Both the position numbers and the translations under genes were made by a program. The notes under the pieces are model-generated. The model did no database searches and had not been told where the DNA came from. It was given only the letters and a program-made list of their open reading frames with translations. DNA of 57,726 nucleotides, counting the filler, from Sphacelaria rigidula (Eukaryota): the NCBI GenBank assembly GCA_964200075.2. It is 7 parts of 7 records of this genome, joined end to end, with 100 filler letters (N's around TTAATTAATTAA, not from the genome) between each part and the next. Parts side by side here need not be neighbours in the genome. Positions count along the whole stretch, not along the records: positions 24,785 to 32,945 come from CAXNAA020012082.1; positions 33,046 to 41,206 come from CAXNAA020012083.1; positions 41,307 to 49,466 come from CAXNAA020012084.1; 4 more parts are not named here. One strand, given 5' to 3'. This document shows positions 25,277 to 43,904 of this stretch, piece after piece. Every line of letters starts with the position of its first letter. The stretch's first letter is position 1.

Positions 25277-28200
25277 ATCGAAGGTTCCATCGTCGGAGTT
25301 TTCAAGAGCATCCGAGCCAACACTGTAGGCCAGCCAGGGCCATACCTCAAGATGGGATTTCTGGCGCTTCTGTACACTATTCAGGTATCTGCACCTGGGC
25401 AACGGACACTAGATTTGCGTGGTGGGTGTCTCGGCGCACTTTATTTCAAGGCAGTTACCAGTCAGGGATCGGTTTGTTCGATGGCCATGTAGTGTCGCGA
25501 GAGATTTCATTGAACTCGGCTCCTCGGTCGTTGGTGGAGTCGACGACTTGGATGAAGTGAAGTCATGTCAGACATCCCTGACTGTCTCGACAACTGCTAT
25601 CCAAGTTATACAGAGATATTTGATTTCGATGAAATGTGGTGAGGAAGTGGCAATCCGTCTTAATGAGCAGTATAGATTCTTGCTTCTCGTTTTTTCAACG
25701 ACAGCGAGGTGTAGTATATCCTTCAATTTTGACACTATATATTTTTTTCTGTAAATCCAAATTTGGCAGAGAGGCGTGGGCGGGGGTTGGGAGGGCCAGT
25801 CTGAACCCAAGTAATTAGGATGCCCGACGTGCTCAGACTTGACTGAAAATATTCCTGGTTCATGTCCGTGGAGTATGATCCTAGCGTCGGAGCAAGGATT
25901 TACACTGTTTCCTTGATTTTGGGACGAGTTGAACGCGAGTCAGAAAGGCCGACCTGATGTGGCGACGAAAAAACGCCCATGAGGCGGCCAAGTTTCGGAG
26001 TTACCTGGAGACCGCACCGTGTAGGAGGATTAGGGAGATTTAGGAGATCAGCTCACCTGATCAGTTGTTTGTGTGTGTTTGAAGACTCCTGCAGTTAATG
26101 AAGGACTTGCAGAAGGCCCCATACGGCTTCAACGATGGTTTTGGGAAACATGTCGTATCTTTCTGAACGACCAAAACGTGGAGAGTGAGGGTGTGGTGCC
26201 GAAACCGAAAGATAGACTACCCCTCAGCGACAGAGCAAGCCGTTGCAAAACCCCCCAAGCAACAGTATCTCGGCACCGAACTTGCTGGCTCATGTGTGAC
26301 AGAATAGTGACTGATTCACACCAGCTACCCTTGTCCTGTGACTGAAGCCATTCTTCGATCCAGCTTTGATGCTCGTCTTGAGGTCGCGACTCTTCTTCCT
26401 CTGCTATCGACGTGCGCAGAACAACCTTGCCTACGTGGCGACATCTCACTTGGATGCATCGACGTACCAGATACTTTGCCAAAGCAAGATTCTTATCACT
26501 GCGGTGTTATCAGTGCTCATTCTCGGCCGGTCCTTGGCAGCTCGGCAATGGCTCGCGTTGGCTGCCTTGACGATCGGTGTTGCTCTGGTGCAATCTTCTG
26601 GGGCAGACAGCGGTGGCAAGGCAAGTTGTCAAGTGCCAGCGTTGTCGGACGAGGGGGTGTCGCAGACTGCGTTTTTATCACCCTGGAGAGCTGCCGACAG
26701 ACAGCCCCAGGTTTTTGCTCACCAATGGACATGCAAGCCCACTGGGGTGTTCAAAACTCGAATAATGAAAGACGTTGGTGGCGACCTTGAAGTGATTGAT
26801 CATTCCCGCCTTTGGTCACCACTCACGTGTGATGATCCTTGTCTCTACGCTTCTTCGATGCTGTACATGCTTATGTTCAAATTATTTTCTCCCGGTTATC
26901 CTCATCAACGAGCAGGATAATAGTATCATCGGCTTCGCCAGTGCTGTCATGCTCTGCTTGTGTTCGGGCCTGGCTGGGGTCTTCTTCGAGCTGATGCTCA
27001 AGGTGAGATGGACGGAAATAGATCCATGCGAGCTATACGCACTACTAGCATTGGGGTCAAGACTTGGTTCGACGGCCTCCTGAGATGCCGATGCCGAACT
27101 CCAGTGCAGTCATCAGTACTCTTGTACCGGATGTCTGCACCACTGCCGTGTTGGCTGGTTTGTGTGGCTACAATATTGCCGTCGGCCTCTTGCGTTGTTT
27201 CAGCGAACCGTTTCAATGTGGTTTAATTGCGGGCTTTTCGGAAGTCTGTACTGTATTGATACGATACTCGTAGTGATCTTGGAAGATAAAGATCAAACCG
27301 GTGAAGCCCTTCGTAGATGAACTGATATCGATGGCCGTCAATTGGGCCAAGAGGAGTGGTTGATCGCTCTGGGGCAGAAGAAACGGGTGGAGAGGAATCG
27401 AAGGGGGACCCAACCGAAGTAAAGAGACGTAGTCCCCTTTCTACTCCAACATGGAACTGGTGTGCGTGACCCATCACCAGTGTCAGCCCACTTGCTAAAA
27501 AGACCAGCACCTTGTTAACTGGTACGTGGTGTTATGTTTTCAAGCGGCAACAGCGGGGTGGTGTGACGACGGTGTTGGGTGCCTCGTGGAGCAGAGAAAT
27601 AAGTACGTTGTGTGCAGTGCTCAGCACCCCATCTACACGAGGGTCGGTCGTGAGCCACTCTGTCGAGTAAGGAGGGCGTATGCACTTTTTCTCTGTCCAC
27701 TGTCTCATCCCCTCCTCTGTCTCCATCTCTCCTTTCAGGGAACTTCCAGTACATCCCTCTGGATGAGGAACATCCAGCTGGGATCGTTTGGGATTTTCAT
27801 AGGGCTTTGCACAGTTGTCTTGAAGGACGGAGCCGCAGTGGCGAGTCGTGGCTTTTTCGCGGATTATAACCCCATGGTTTGGTTGTGCATATCACTCAAC
27901 TCGTTGGGGGGGCTTGCAGTGGCCATGGTGGTCAAGTACGCCGATAACCTGGTGAGTTGTTGTGCCCTTCTGTCGCGGTCAACTTTGAGTCGTATCCCTG
28001 TATATGTCCGCCAGTTATTTCCAGCGTTTACTTGGTTTTCATGGGCGATGCTTCCACCTTGCGAGGTGTGCACTGTAACCGTTGCTTGTTGTGGCCCATC
28101 AATCGCAAGCAGCTCAAAATTTAGACTTGAACGACGGAAATTCATCGAAGATGACAAACGGCAATGGGCCACAAGACAACACGGCTCCTCTTGACGGTAG

Positions 28201-30626
28201 ACGAGCAGGGTGCACACGAAATGATCATGGAATTCGAAACGTCACGCCACTTTGTACAAGTGCGGTTGGTATTTCCCACAGGTCCTGCGGTATGTTGGAA
28301 GTAGATACTGTACACCGATGTACCGGAAATCTCAGTAATGACAGAAGATTTTCACCACGATATAATGTCCCATTTGAGTTATATTTTTTCTCGCCCACAA
28401 TACGGACATGATGGTTTTCACTTTTCATGGCAAAACTTACGCGCGTGTCAGATTTTTGCAGGAGGGAGCTGTGTGTGCAGTGTGTAGAACGAAGTCAGCC
28501 CCAGCAGAAGCTGTGACCGTCATTTGGAAGAGGAAAAATGAGAGTGAGGTCGCACCGTCGGCTGAAATTTCGCGTAACTTGATGCATTTTTCATTATTTT
28601 TCACAGTAGAGTACAAAACAAGAGAGCTGCCCGCGATGACCACTCTCGAATCGCGCATTGTTCCTCTTCAGGTCAAGTGCTTCGCTACGAGTATCTCCAT
28701 TTGCCTGACGTGCTTAATATCCGTGGGTTTCATGGGGATGGCTTTGACGGAGACGTACGTCATCGGTACTATCCTGGTGAGTGCTCACACCATGTTGGCG
28801 TTTTGCTGGTGTCAAGAATTGACGCTGTGTGCTAAATGTTCTGTGAGATTTCGTTTGTGATTGCGCTACTTTGTACCAACCGTAGTGACGAAACTGGCGT
28901 CTTTTCGAAAGTTCTCTGTGGATGACTAGGAAAAAAATGGATTCAGTCACAAGACACTTCTATGTTTGTGGAAGAGCCAACCTCGTACCTTCGTCCCGAG
29001 AGATTCGATTAATGGAATGGCTGCAAATTCAGCTGAGGAATTTATGTTGGCTGGCTCAAGTGCTGAGTGTTCGGCAGCGCTTCTAGATTGTCACTTATTT
29101 CCCCACTTGTACCTTGCAAGCGATTTTCTTGCAACGTTGCCTTTGCTTGGGTGTTTCACATCTAGATAAAGCGGCTAGTGTGTCCTCTTTTTTTCATAGT
29201 ACACAGCATCCTGTCCAGTCAGCCACTAAGAGCAGGCTTCCCACCAAACAGGGTGATGACCATGTGTTACGCTTCTTTCCTTGGCGTTTCATAGAGGCTG
29301 GTCCCTCTCCACTGCTAGAATCACAAAGTGTCCCCGGCGATTTTTCATTCGAGGTTAGATGCAGATCTGACATTTTAAGGAGAGGAGCTTATCGATCACT
29401 CAATCATTCGAAGGGCACCAGTAGACATTTTTTCATATTTGTTTTTGGAGTTGGGTCCATTGAATATCCAAAATATATATTCACCATCATCTCGAGAAAA
29501 AAAACGCTGAAAGCACTTTCAATGATCGCCTCCAAACGGTCGATACATTCCTCTCCCCTCCTTCAAAATGCAGGCCCTAACTCTCAAACCTCGAGTTACC
29601 AATCCGAGATAGATACATTCCCAAAAGGATTGAAAATCCCCTACATTATTGTAAACATATCACCCAATATTTATGTGGGTCATACTTCCTGATGGCGACG
29701 AGTTAGGAGCCAGAACAGGTGTCGTTGTTCTCGCCTTGATATGATACACCCGGCCAGGAATTCGGATACCTTGACTTGTGTATCAAGCGACAACAGGGAC
29801 CGCCACCAGGCCGATTTAGATTCCTAGGATAGGGCGGAGTGATGAAAGTGCGATCAGAGCGCGCGGCGCCCTCCAGGTTAGCTGTACGGTTCAAGGGCCC
29901 CCAATTGTGTTACTTTTGCTGCTGTTCGTCCTATTTTCGCCGTAAACTAGAGCTCGGAAATGGGTTGGTTGCCTATCCAGTAACTAGTTGAATGGTTACG
30001 CGCAGCGCACTCATTAACTACCTAAATGGTATATAATGGTTTGGTCATCGAGTGGCGCACCCGCGAGCCAAGAGCCCCTCCCCCCCGGCAGAAGAGGCGC
30101 CGTGCCGGAGGCACGTTTTTCGCGATTTGGCTTCACTAGAGCTAAAGAATACGTTATTTTGGGCCAATTTTCAAGGGCTGTATGTAGCGTACGTAGCCGA
30201 TAACGGGTTATAAAGGCGGTAACCAAATAATGGTTTGAAACCATCATCCCAAGCTTTCATATAGCCATTGCCATTATTACCATTATGATGATAATGGCCA
30301 GTTATAACTGGTACCATTTCCGAGCTGTACCGTAAACACGTTTGGGATCAAGTAGTGGCACCAGCCTGTATCCTCCGACCACGGGTCTGAATATGCTTTG
30401 ATGAAGGGCACTTCAGCAATCTTGGGATGATGCACACCCACATGAAAATTACCCCACCCCTTTCGTTTAGTCAAGTATCCTATCCCGTGGAATATCACAT
30501 CCCATGGCATTTCTGTTTTTGTTTCAGGTGACGGCTGCCACGTATCTCTACAGCACGAACACCACGAAGAGCAAAGCTGGGTACGTTCGCGTACCACCGG
30601 CAGAGCGACGTGACGAAATCGTCTGA
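25277..30626 (+). CDS. Nucleotide-sugar transporter, SLC35A family (UDP-galactose/UDP-GlcNAc/CMP-sialic acid transporter-like); 5' end not found
   Basis: Exons 25277-25384, 26420-26620, 26916-27002, 27739-27951, 28672-28776 and 30528-30626 (stop) all join in phase 0. Motifs: LYTIQNNLAYVA, LDASTYQILCQSKILITAVLS, CSGLAGVFFELMLK, SLWMRNIQLG, GGLAVAMVVKYADNLVKCFATSISI, VTAATYLYS. Confidence 0.93.
29947..30327. mobile_element. MITE in the last intron of the transporter gene; second copy at ~32180-32438
   Basis: TIR AGAGCTCGGAAATGG / CCATTTCCGAGCT. About 240 bp of the body is repeated at 32200-32438. Confidence 0.65.
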
Positions 30627-32848
30627 CATACCTTCTTTGCACGCGTCGCGGTCGTGGTGGTGGAGGGAGGCTCGACAAACTGCTATTACAGCTGGCTTTT
30701 GTGCGTGTGACGTTTGATCGTAGTATGCACACACCTGAGCGCGCAGGGGGGCAATGGACGGGCCACGTCGTCCAAGATTTTAGCTAGTCTCCGTCATTTT
30801 GCGTTTCATTTGGAATTGTGATACCTCTATAATAGTAGCATGTATTCGTAAACGTGACGCTCTTGTGCTTGGCCTGTGCCATGTGGTGGTGTATTAATTT
30901 TGCGCATGCTATAGACTCGGCCCGCGCATCAACCCGTACGTCGAGCAGAAATTGGCAACACGGCACCCCCATGTGACAGTGGCTAGAAGAAAAGGAAGTC
31001 AGACTACTGTTTCAACCAATCCACAAGTGCATCGACATGTTGACCGAAAACGAACATGAAACCGTTCACATTACCTGCGATGGACGAGCTGCGGCTAACA
31101 ACGAGTGGCGCGCGCGGAGTAATGAACAGAGGCTTCGAGTGCACGATGAGGGTGTAGTCTGTATTTTTGTATACAACGGGATGTGATGAAAAAGAAGTCA
31201 AGTGCGTTTTCCAAAGGAGAATCACTGTGTGGAAAAGCACGCTTGCATTCAGACCATTGTCTTGGGGACATGGAGGGAACATCACGGGTGTTTTGAAGTA
31301 ACCACTCCGGCGGCACCCTCGCAAGCTTCCTTGATTGTTCTTCGGTGACTGGGTTATCCAAGTCACTTGGTTCAGAATAGATTAGGCAAGTTACTTGATC
31401 CGAGTATAGTTGAATCAAGCCACATGAAATTAGACTACCCGAGGCAGGTTGTAATGGAGGACGTGCTCGAGGTGACGAATTCGTGTCAAGTGTACTTTGC
31501 GGAGCCAGTCGGTCGGGGTAATTGACGCCCAGAGTTCACACAAGACAACGAAGACGAGAGATCGCATTCGTCTTGTTATTGTTTGGGAGTACTGGCCATG
31601 ACTTGATGGAAGAATTTTATGGCTCTGATCGTGATTTCTGCCTTGGAGGTCTTGTGTATCCCACTTGAGATTGTGTTGATCAGCTATGAATACATGAAGT
31701 AGGAAAACAATCATTTTTCGGTCTGGTCCCCCCTGCATTTATACAAACAATTTTACTGTGCCACACAATGGTGGATGCCGTCATTCACTGTAATGGATTA
31801 CAAGCGAACGACCACAAGGCGTTGCATCTCTTCACAATAGGTAGAGCCACCAAAACAAGTTGTCAAGTCGTCACACTCCTCTACAAGTACTGGAGAATGA
31901 GAGAAAGAAAATGGCGAGCGAATGTGCTTCATCCGGCGAGCCGGGGGCGGGGGGCGGCGAGTGTTGGAGCAAAAACAAAAACGGTAGCAGTATGTCTACT
32001 CTTTCACTACACGTTATTTTTGGAGATCGAAAATGGTTTGTCTAACCATAAACAAGTTAAATGGCACATAATGTATCGACCGGCGCAGCCGCGAGCCAAA
32101 TTGCCCCCCCCGTCAATGGTCAAACGACTAAGGCAAGCAACAAATGAATACGCCCCCCCCCGCCCCCCCCCCTCCCCAGCGGAGGGGGCCCCGCCGGAGG
32201 CGCGGTGCCGGAGGTACGTTTTCACGCGATTTGGCTTCACTAGAGCTAAAAAAGTACTTTACATTTGGGCCAGTATTCAAGGACTTTATGAAGCATACGT
32301 AGCTGGTGACGGCTTATAAAGCCGGTAACCGTAAATAATAGTTTGAAACCATTATGCAGAATTTTCACACAACCATTGCGATTATTGCTATTATAATGAC
32401 AATGGCCAGTTATAATTGGTACCTTTTCCGAGCTCTAGTTATTCTGGGTTCGTTTACTTAACTATGGAAGATATCATCGGTGTTGTAACTGTGGGTAACA
32501 CGTCAAGAAGACTTTGAGACTTCTGTTTATGCACTTCAGGGCATTAGTGCGTGAAAATCAAATCAAGCGATAAACGTTCGATCGCATCGAGGGTGCTCGT
32601 ATACTGGAATCTCGGACACCATAGCCTTAAGGCGCTCTCTACGATAGCCCCCCCCAATGAATTGGCTGGTTTAGGGAGGCAAACTCTACACATGAATCGG
32701 TTTGAAAGAAGCCGAGCACAACAAGCAGCTGGCTATTCGCACGCTTGACTTCATTTTCGCCGTTGTTGCGCATATGAGGCGCTTTGATTAACTTGAAACC
32801 AAACGTCAGGCGCTGTATGACCATTTTCTTCGTGACAGTTTTGGGCTA

Positions 32849-32879
<31 letters not shown>

Positions 32880-33045
32880 TACTCATGTTCATTTTTGGGC
32901 TACCCAAAAAACCCCCCCCCTCCCCCCCCCACAAGGCGGGGGCGGNNNNNNNNNNNNNNNNNNNNNNNNNNNNNNNNNNNNNNNNNNNNTTAATTAATTA
33001 ANNNNNNNNNNNNNNNNNNNNNNNNNNNNNNNNNNNNNNNNNNNN

Positions 33046-33118
<73 letters not shown>
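33046..33118. repeat. (TAA)n microsatellite at a contig start
   Basis: Perfect TAA repeat of about 24 units. Confidence 0.97.
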
Positions 33119-33121
<3 letters not shown>

Positions 33122-33529
33122 GGTCAGCGGATGGTTCTGTTCCAGAAGGAGGTCTGGCGTCCAAGTATATTCATGAGCTCCTCTGCGGTGATCATTCTGT
33201 GTTAACTCACGGTAAACTCCATTGGACGTGCGTGCACCACCGCCATACTTGTCCTTGCCCTTGTCCTTTACATACTTGCATAATCATCCCCGCTTGTTTT
33301 GTCACTGCACGCCGCACCAACACTGCTGGCCAACACCGAAAATATTTGAAGCACCCCACACCACGTCGCCCGGCTGTATTCTCGAAGAACTCAGGGTACA
33401 CCAAGGCGGGCTTTCTTTACTACATCGCATTGAGAACAGGACGCCGCTGGCACTCGTTTGCCCCAAACCCGAAAGTAGGAGGTATTCCTCATGCCGACGA
33501 AAACAAGCGGGGCGAGAACCACCTGGGGC

Positions 33530-33725
33530 ACAGGACGTGATCAGAGAGGAGCTCAGCAGTCCCGTTTTCTCGTCGACCTTTTGACGGGAATTTTGTGTAC
33601 CCGCGACGTAGTCGCTCTCCACTATTGGGCATTGTGTGAGAAAAAAATCCCAGATCGCTCCGAGATTCGAACCCACGACCCACGCGTCAGACGGTTTTGA
33701 GGTTACCAACTGAGCCACCGGGCCG
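33530..33725 (-). mobile_element. tRNA-derived SINE
   Basis: Minus-strand head CCCGGTGGCTCAGTTGGTA (A box) ... GGGTTCGAATCTC (B box). The body ATCTGGGATTTTTTTCTCACA...GAGCGACTA.GTCGCGGGTACACAA is shared with 34615-34760. Confidence 0.8.
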
Positions 33726-34312
33726 ACCAGCAGTAGTTACAAAACAAAAATAGCATTCACAAACGTGTATTAGCTAGCAACGAACTCTCGGGCTATCTCG
33801 GGTTCTGATGCGATACCCCACAGCAACCCACCACTTCTTCTGTGCACTACCACGGTGCGTACGTGCGCTGAAACTTGAGACAGACAGGGTATTTGTACTG
33901 GGTCAGCTTGCAACTACCATATGCTGCCACAAAATCACGCCTCAACAAGACAAAAACATGACAACCTGCTAGTCAAGGAGGTGGCAATCAACTCCATCTG
34001 CACTGGACAAGCTTTTTTTTTCCTTCTATTTTATGCGCACCAGAATGAGTATATTTGATCCATGAATGTCGTGTCGTACGTGTAGGATTAATATCTTTTG
34101 GACAACAAGCTCAATTCGTGGTGAGCAACAGGACAATAGCCGTTTGTCTTCCCAGCACGAAACTTTCTGGAGGAGTCAGCCGTCAATCGTCACTGGAGCA
34201 TGCGTATACACTCATTTCACCACGTAAAGGTTTACCTTCATGTCAATGAATGCACGACAAGCAACGAACATGTGAATCAATCAATGTACAGGTGGGAATG
34301 TGCATATCTTTA

Positions 34313-38831
<4,519 letters not shown>

Positions 38832-40069
38832 CTGCATGCAAACAAGATAGTTTTCGAAGTTCCGTTCCAAAGCCGACAATAGCTTCCATCAGAACCCCTT
38901 AGGTGGACCATTGCGAACACACAGATGGGCTTGCCGAAACGGGGAACGCCACATTTCATAAATCAAGCGTCGGGGACGACGAAATACACGGCATGTTGCC
39001 ATCATGTACTTGTGGTGAAAAGTACCATACTATGCTAAACTAATCGGTCCACGACTTACGGTGTGCGTACAATGCAGTGCAGTGGTCCGCCGACAACAAA
39101 TGCACCGCCGTGGAAGCGGTAGTTACACGAGGTATGAGTGATCTAGACCTCACATTCGATGGGCAGAGGCCATCACTTGCTTGTGTGCCATCAGGTCTTC
39201 GATCGATTTTGCCCGCACTAGTTGCTCTTCATAATTATCCTGGGGTCAGGAATGTGTACCTTGGGCTAGGGATCGGGTACAGGTGACCGGATGTGGGTAC
39301 TTTTGAAGTGAATAATTGGTTACTTATGGCGGGTAATGGGAGAATTATCATCTCCCGAGAGTACCCTGAAATAGCAATGACGCACCATAGCGCCGTGATG
39401 GGCACCATGGCTCGTCACAGAAAATGGCGCCTCACGCACGTATGATTTGAACGAGGGGCATTTGTGAAGTGTTTTCCCATGTTTTTGCCTGTCGTGATAT
39501 AGATGGAGGTAGAAACAAGGTCCACACCTTCCTAGCTATGATCAGTGTGCTGCAAGCTTGAGTAGGTGCGCAAACGCACCAGGTGTCCGAGTAAAGCAAG
39601 CTGCAAATGCACACGTGCAGATTCACGTGACTGTTGGTCACAGTAACAACAAACAAAAGGAGCTCAAAGGCTTGATATATTTTTAACTCTCACTGACTAT
39701 CCCCTTGATCGCCCAGCACACTGTTCTCACCAATGGTAAACAGCAGGAGCAGATGGTCCGGCTCGAAGGGTAGCTCAAGAGTGAGCGCGGATGCATGGGT
39801 ACATGCGACGCAACCTATCTGAATTCGGCTCGAGAAGGCGTTTGCCTCCTCGGGGCCAGGGCATGTCAGCCTGTACCCTAATCTTCCCCAGCTAGGATAT
39901 ACCAGCCTGTGCATCAATCTTCCCTAGAACGCAACCTGTACATCAACCTTCCCTAGAACTTTGGGAGCATTCCCATGGCTGGATCGAGTGATCTGTGAGC
40001 CAACCTGCCCCAAAACTGTCTGGAGGAACAAGTAACGCCTCTCTATCTTCCTTCCTCATGACACACCCA

Positions 40070-40675
40070 CAAATACTCCCATGCGGGAACAGTGATGGGT
40101 ACGTGAGGGGAAAATAGTTGCCATCACGGAAATCGATGGTGGTCGTCTCCCCCACCAACGCTTGTGTTATGGCCGTCCTGTCCTTTGGTAGGACTCCATT
40201 GCTCCCGGTGTCGACGGCTAGCATTTCTGAAGATGGAGCTGCCGGTGTCGTGAAAGCCAGAGAGTTCGATCTTGGAGTAGGTGATTGCCTGTGACAATGA
40301 TGGCAGGACGTTGTACACATGGAGTAGAAAAAAAATGGTGTGCGTGTACCTGTTGTGGGAGTGTAAACGGTGCCATGTGGTGACAGGAACAACATAAAGT
40401 GTGATAATTAAGTGAGAAATGTATGTAGACAACATGGACCCACTTTCTTCTTCACGTGAAACAGTTCACGGTTGTAGCTACCACACACAAGCACGCAGCG
40501 CGAAGGATATAATCACATGTTAGACATAGCGGTTTGCAGACGCCCAACGTACGGACACACATCCTCGAGGGCTCCAAGGATCTCTTCCAGGATTGTTTTG
40601 TCGAGGTGCTGCGCGTAGGTGTAGTTGGGATCGTGCAGGAACCACTGTATGTTGGTGTGGTCCGAGTTCCTCGTA
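40070..40675 (-). mobile_element. Helitron Rep N-terminal region remnant, apparently intron-containing
   Basis: QWFLHDPNYTYAQHLDKTILEEILGALEDVCPYV (~40545-40650) resembles Helitron QLYIYD...LD..I...L...NPY. PSSEMLAV...KDRTAI...TTIDFRDGNYFPLTYPSLFPHG (~40075-40290) resembles SEVAA...RDI...YDPLQYPLLFPxG. The two blocks are in the expected order. Confidence 0.62.
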
Positions 40676-43600
40676 GAATGGTATGTTTTGCGAAAAGCGC
40701 AAAAGAGCGAACATGAGCCGTAAACCACACAGCGAATGTCGCTCAGGCGACGCACGGCCCGATCTTGGGAGTTCGACGCTGAAATTTTGGCAGTAGCTTA
40801 ATTATGATCGACATGCAGTACATCACGTGCGCAGCAAAGAGATAAATAACATATATCACGAAGTTCTCGGGATTTGAAATTTCTGAAAAACGTAGATAAT
40901 GCCATACGTCCAGGGGAAAGAAGAGAATCTGCAGGTCGTCACGGGACGTATCACTTCCTTGGGTGCACAAGATCTTCCTGAAATTTCAGGTAAAGAATCG
41001 TCGAATTCGGCCGTGTGTTCAACATTTTCCGTGACGCTGCTGCACCCCACTCATACCCAGTGCGGGGAGATTGCTGCCGTGAACGTGCCGCCTTCACAAA
41101 AATAACGCACTCCGATACGCTATCGCTCAACGATGCAGTACAATAACGTCATTGGCAATACGACGCCAATCGAACAGCGACGCAGTCCTTTGTCATCAGG
41201 TGGGTCNNNNNNNNNNNNNNNNNNNNNNNNNNNNNNNNNNNNNNNNNNNNTTAATTAATTAANNNNNNNNNNNNNNNNNNNNNNNNNNNNNNNNNNNNNN
41301 NNNNNNTCAAGTCCCCCACATATCCATTTCCCATTACATCGGCGCAGAACAAGTGCTGGAATGCGCATGTTGGCGCAAATGCCCTTGCTCATTTTTGCTT
41401 AGTATATATATATATATATATAGTCCCGAACCAAGCATTCGATCGGAACTGCAACTTGCCAACCGCGATGTTTACATATGGTTGTTAGTGTAAACAGGCG
41501 GCAGTGGCAACAAACATCGTCGCTGCTGCTATTAGTCCGTGAAGTGCGATACACCGACGATGGTCAAAGCCGCTCTTTACACGTGGGTTTCTGCACTTGA
41601 TCCGTCCGACGTACGCTCAGGCGACTTTCATGTGTGACCTTGGCCACTGCAATTCGAGAAGTGACGGGTACTTGCTGTTGTAACGCGAAATTGCTTTGCA
41701 CAGCCACACAAAAAAAAACAGCACGTAGCTTGTTATCAATGTACATAGGCAGTAGTGACAGCACATTTTCTCCAATTGTTGGTGTACAGGGGCAACTGCG
41801 CAAATATCCCGCATGTACATTCTCATCGTTTCCTTCTCTTCTCTTGTTATCAATGCACACAGGCAGCAGTGACAGCAAACGTCATGGCTGTCTTCAGTCT
41901 GTCAAAGGCAGTGCATTTAACATAAAAAAGACCGCGCTTGAAGCCCTGGCTTGTGCGCTCGACAGCGTAGACACAAAACAGCCGATGTTGATTAGAGCAA
42001 ACTATATGGTTCGTGGTACTCTATGTTGGGAGAATGAATTCCCCCTTGTACACAAGCGCATACAAGAAATAAGCACCACATGGCAGGACGGAAGATACAT
42101 ACAAACAGCACTCAAAACGAAGCTTGCCCCATGTTGCATTATTTACATATTCTTATTAGTATTCACAGTCAGTCACGGAAAACATCATCGCTGTCTCCCG
42201 ACTGTGAAAGAATCAAAGAACCGTAATAGAAATTGGGCGCACCGGCTCAGCTTATGCGCTGGGCCCAACACTCTGACATGAAACAGACGCGTCAAGCTTT
42301 TCGGTGACCGCGTTGAGCCTTTCAGTGGCCGCCTTGAGTTCGTTTTCAGCCTTCTCCGCGCGTTGAGGCGCCGCCTTGATCTTGCGCGCGGCTGTCAAGG
42401 CACAGGATAAGTCGTGACCACTTTTCCCCTGAGTTTCGAAACACCGAGCTTTGAAGAATTTCTCTGTTTTCACCTCGATAAACGCTGCTGTTCCTGAAGC
42501 CTCAAGTGCCGATATTTCAACGCAGATATCTCGGCAACGAAGCAGAGGATTGGACTGCGGTTTGATGCGTGCGCTTCCCACACACCAGAACTTTTCAGTG
42601 CCGCGGCTGCTTTCCGTAACGCGTGCTGCGGAGCCCGCAGCACTTTGCAAACCGCCAAAATGTACCTAAGACTGCGTTTTCTTCGACGTTTGGGGGCTTT
42701 TCGGATCCGCTGTGGCGAATTGAGCAAATCCGCCGTGGCACTGAAAAAATCCCGTGTGTGCGCGGGGGGCTCTCAAGTGCCACAGGCCGGTTTTCTTCCT
42801 GTCTCGACAACTATGCGATGAAAAATCTACAGCTCTCTCAAACTAAACCTAGGTAACTTCGGGTGGAGCGCGTGTTCTGTTCGAAAGAGGTTCGGCACAG
42901 GTCCGACCAGTCAATGACGTCTTCAGTACCCCTCCGCATTCATATATTTTTTTGTTGACAACGGATTTTTGGTCGGTAAGGCCTTTATTCACGCCCATAC
43001 CTGTGGGTACAACACGTGCCGCTTCAGAAGACGAAGCGCCAGTTCTCCGAACGCGTTATGATGTTTGAGCGTAGATGCGCTGTGTTCCATTGAAAAAAGG
43101 CACCGTTTTGACATATTTCTCCCATGTACAGTAGTTCTACAAATAACCCAGCAGAACTACGCGTGTCTTCAAACAATGCTGTATGGTACTAGTGATTTTG
43201 CTGTGGTTTGCACCATGCTTCGCAGCATCGGTCGTTCCTTCTCGGCATTGTACAACTGTGGTACTTCCGAGTGATCCAAAAGCACCGGTAGGGAAGAGAG
43301 AGATGGGGGGGGGGGTACTCATTTGTTGCTTCCTTTGGTAGTTTGACCATTGACCACGCATCCCTTTTGAGACGGAGCATCCTACCCTCCGAATCCATGC
43401 CGACACCCTACTTGTCTCTATCCTTTCCCACTCCCTGCTCGCGCTCTGTTTTAGTGTGACTTGGGAAAGAGAGGGGGGGGGGGAGGGGGGGAGGTCTCCA
43501 CGGTCACCTAGGGGTCAACATTTTTTAATACCTGTGTAACCGGCAACGATGAAATTCGTCGTTAGAAGGGAGAAAGGGTCGAGCAGCCCGCTCAGCGAAA

Positions 43601-43904
43601 GAGGCTGCTGTATAAAGGTTGCCGTATTCTATGGATGTGGATGCATGTGGCTGTTATAATTCGAGGCTTATTCCTCGTATCCCTTGCGCAAAATATCCCT
43701 TCTCCCCAACCGCCAGGTGTAATATCTCACAACTGTCGACCTTGCAATTAATTACTCCTGCGCCTGCGTATCAATCCCCGGAGATATATCTTGCGTTCAG
43801 AGGGGGTCTCCTTCCAATTCCTTGGGCTGCCTACAACGCCCACACGTTTGTACACGTCACCGCCCATCGCCACCGTTACCCCGCTCTCGATCACACACCG
43901 ACAG

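Noticed and set aside
23327..25277. Fusion or cluster of the NIPA-like and SLC35A genes
   Set aside because: They are on different contigs separated by an artificial spacer.
42252..42650. Coiled-coil-like minus-strand ORF
   Set aside because: It has no recognisable domain or convincing splice structure and cannot be supported without a search.
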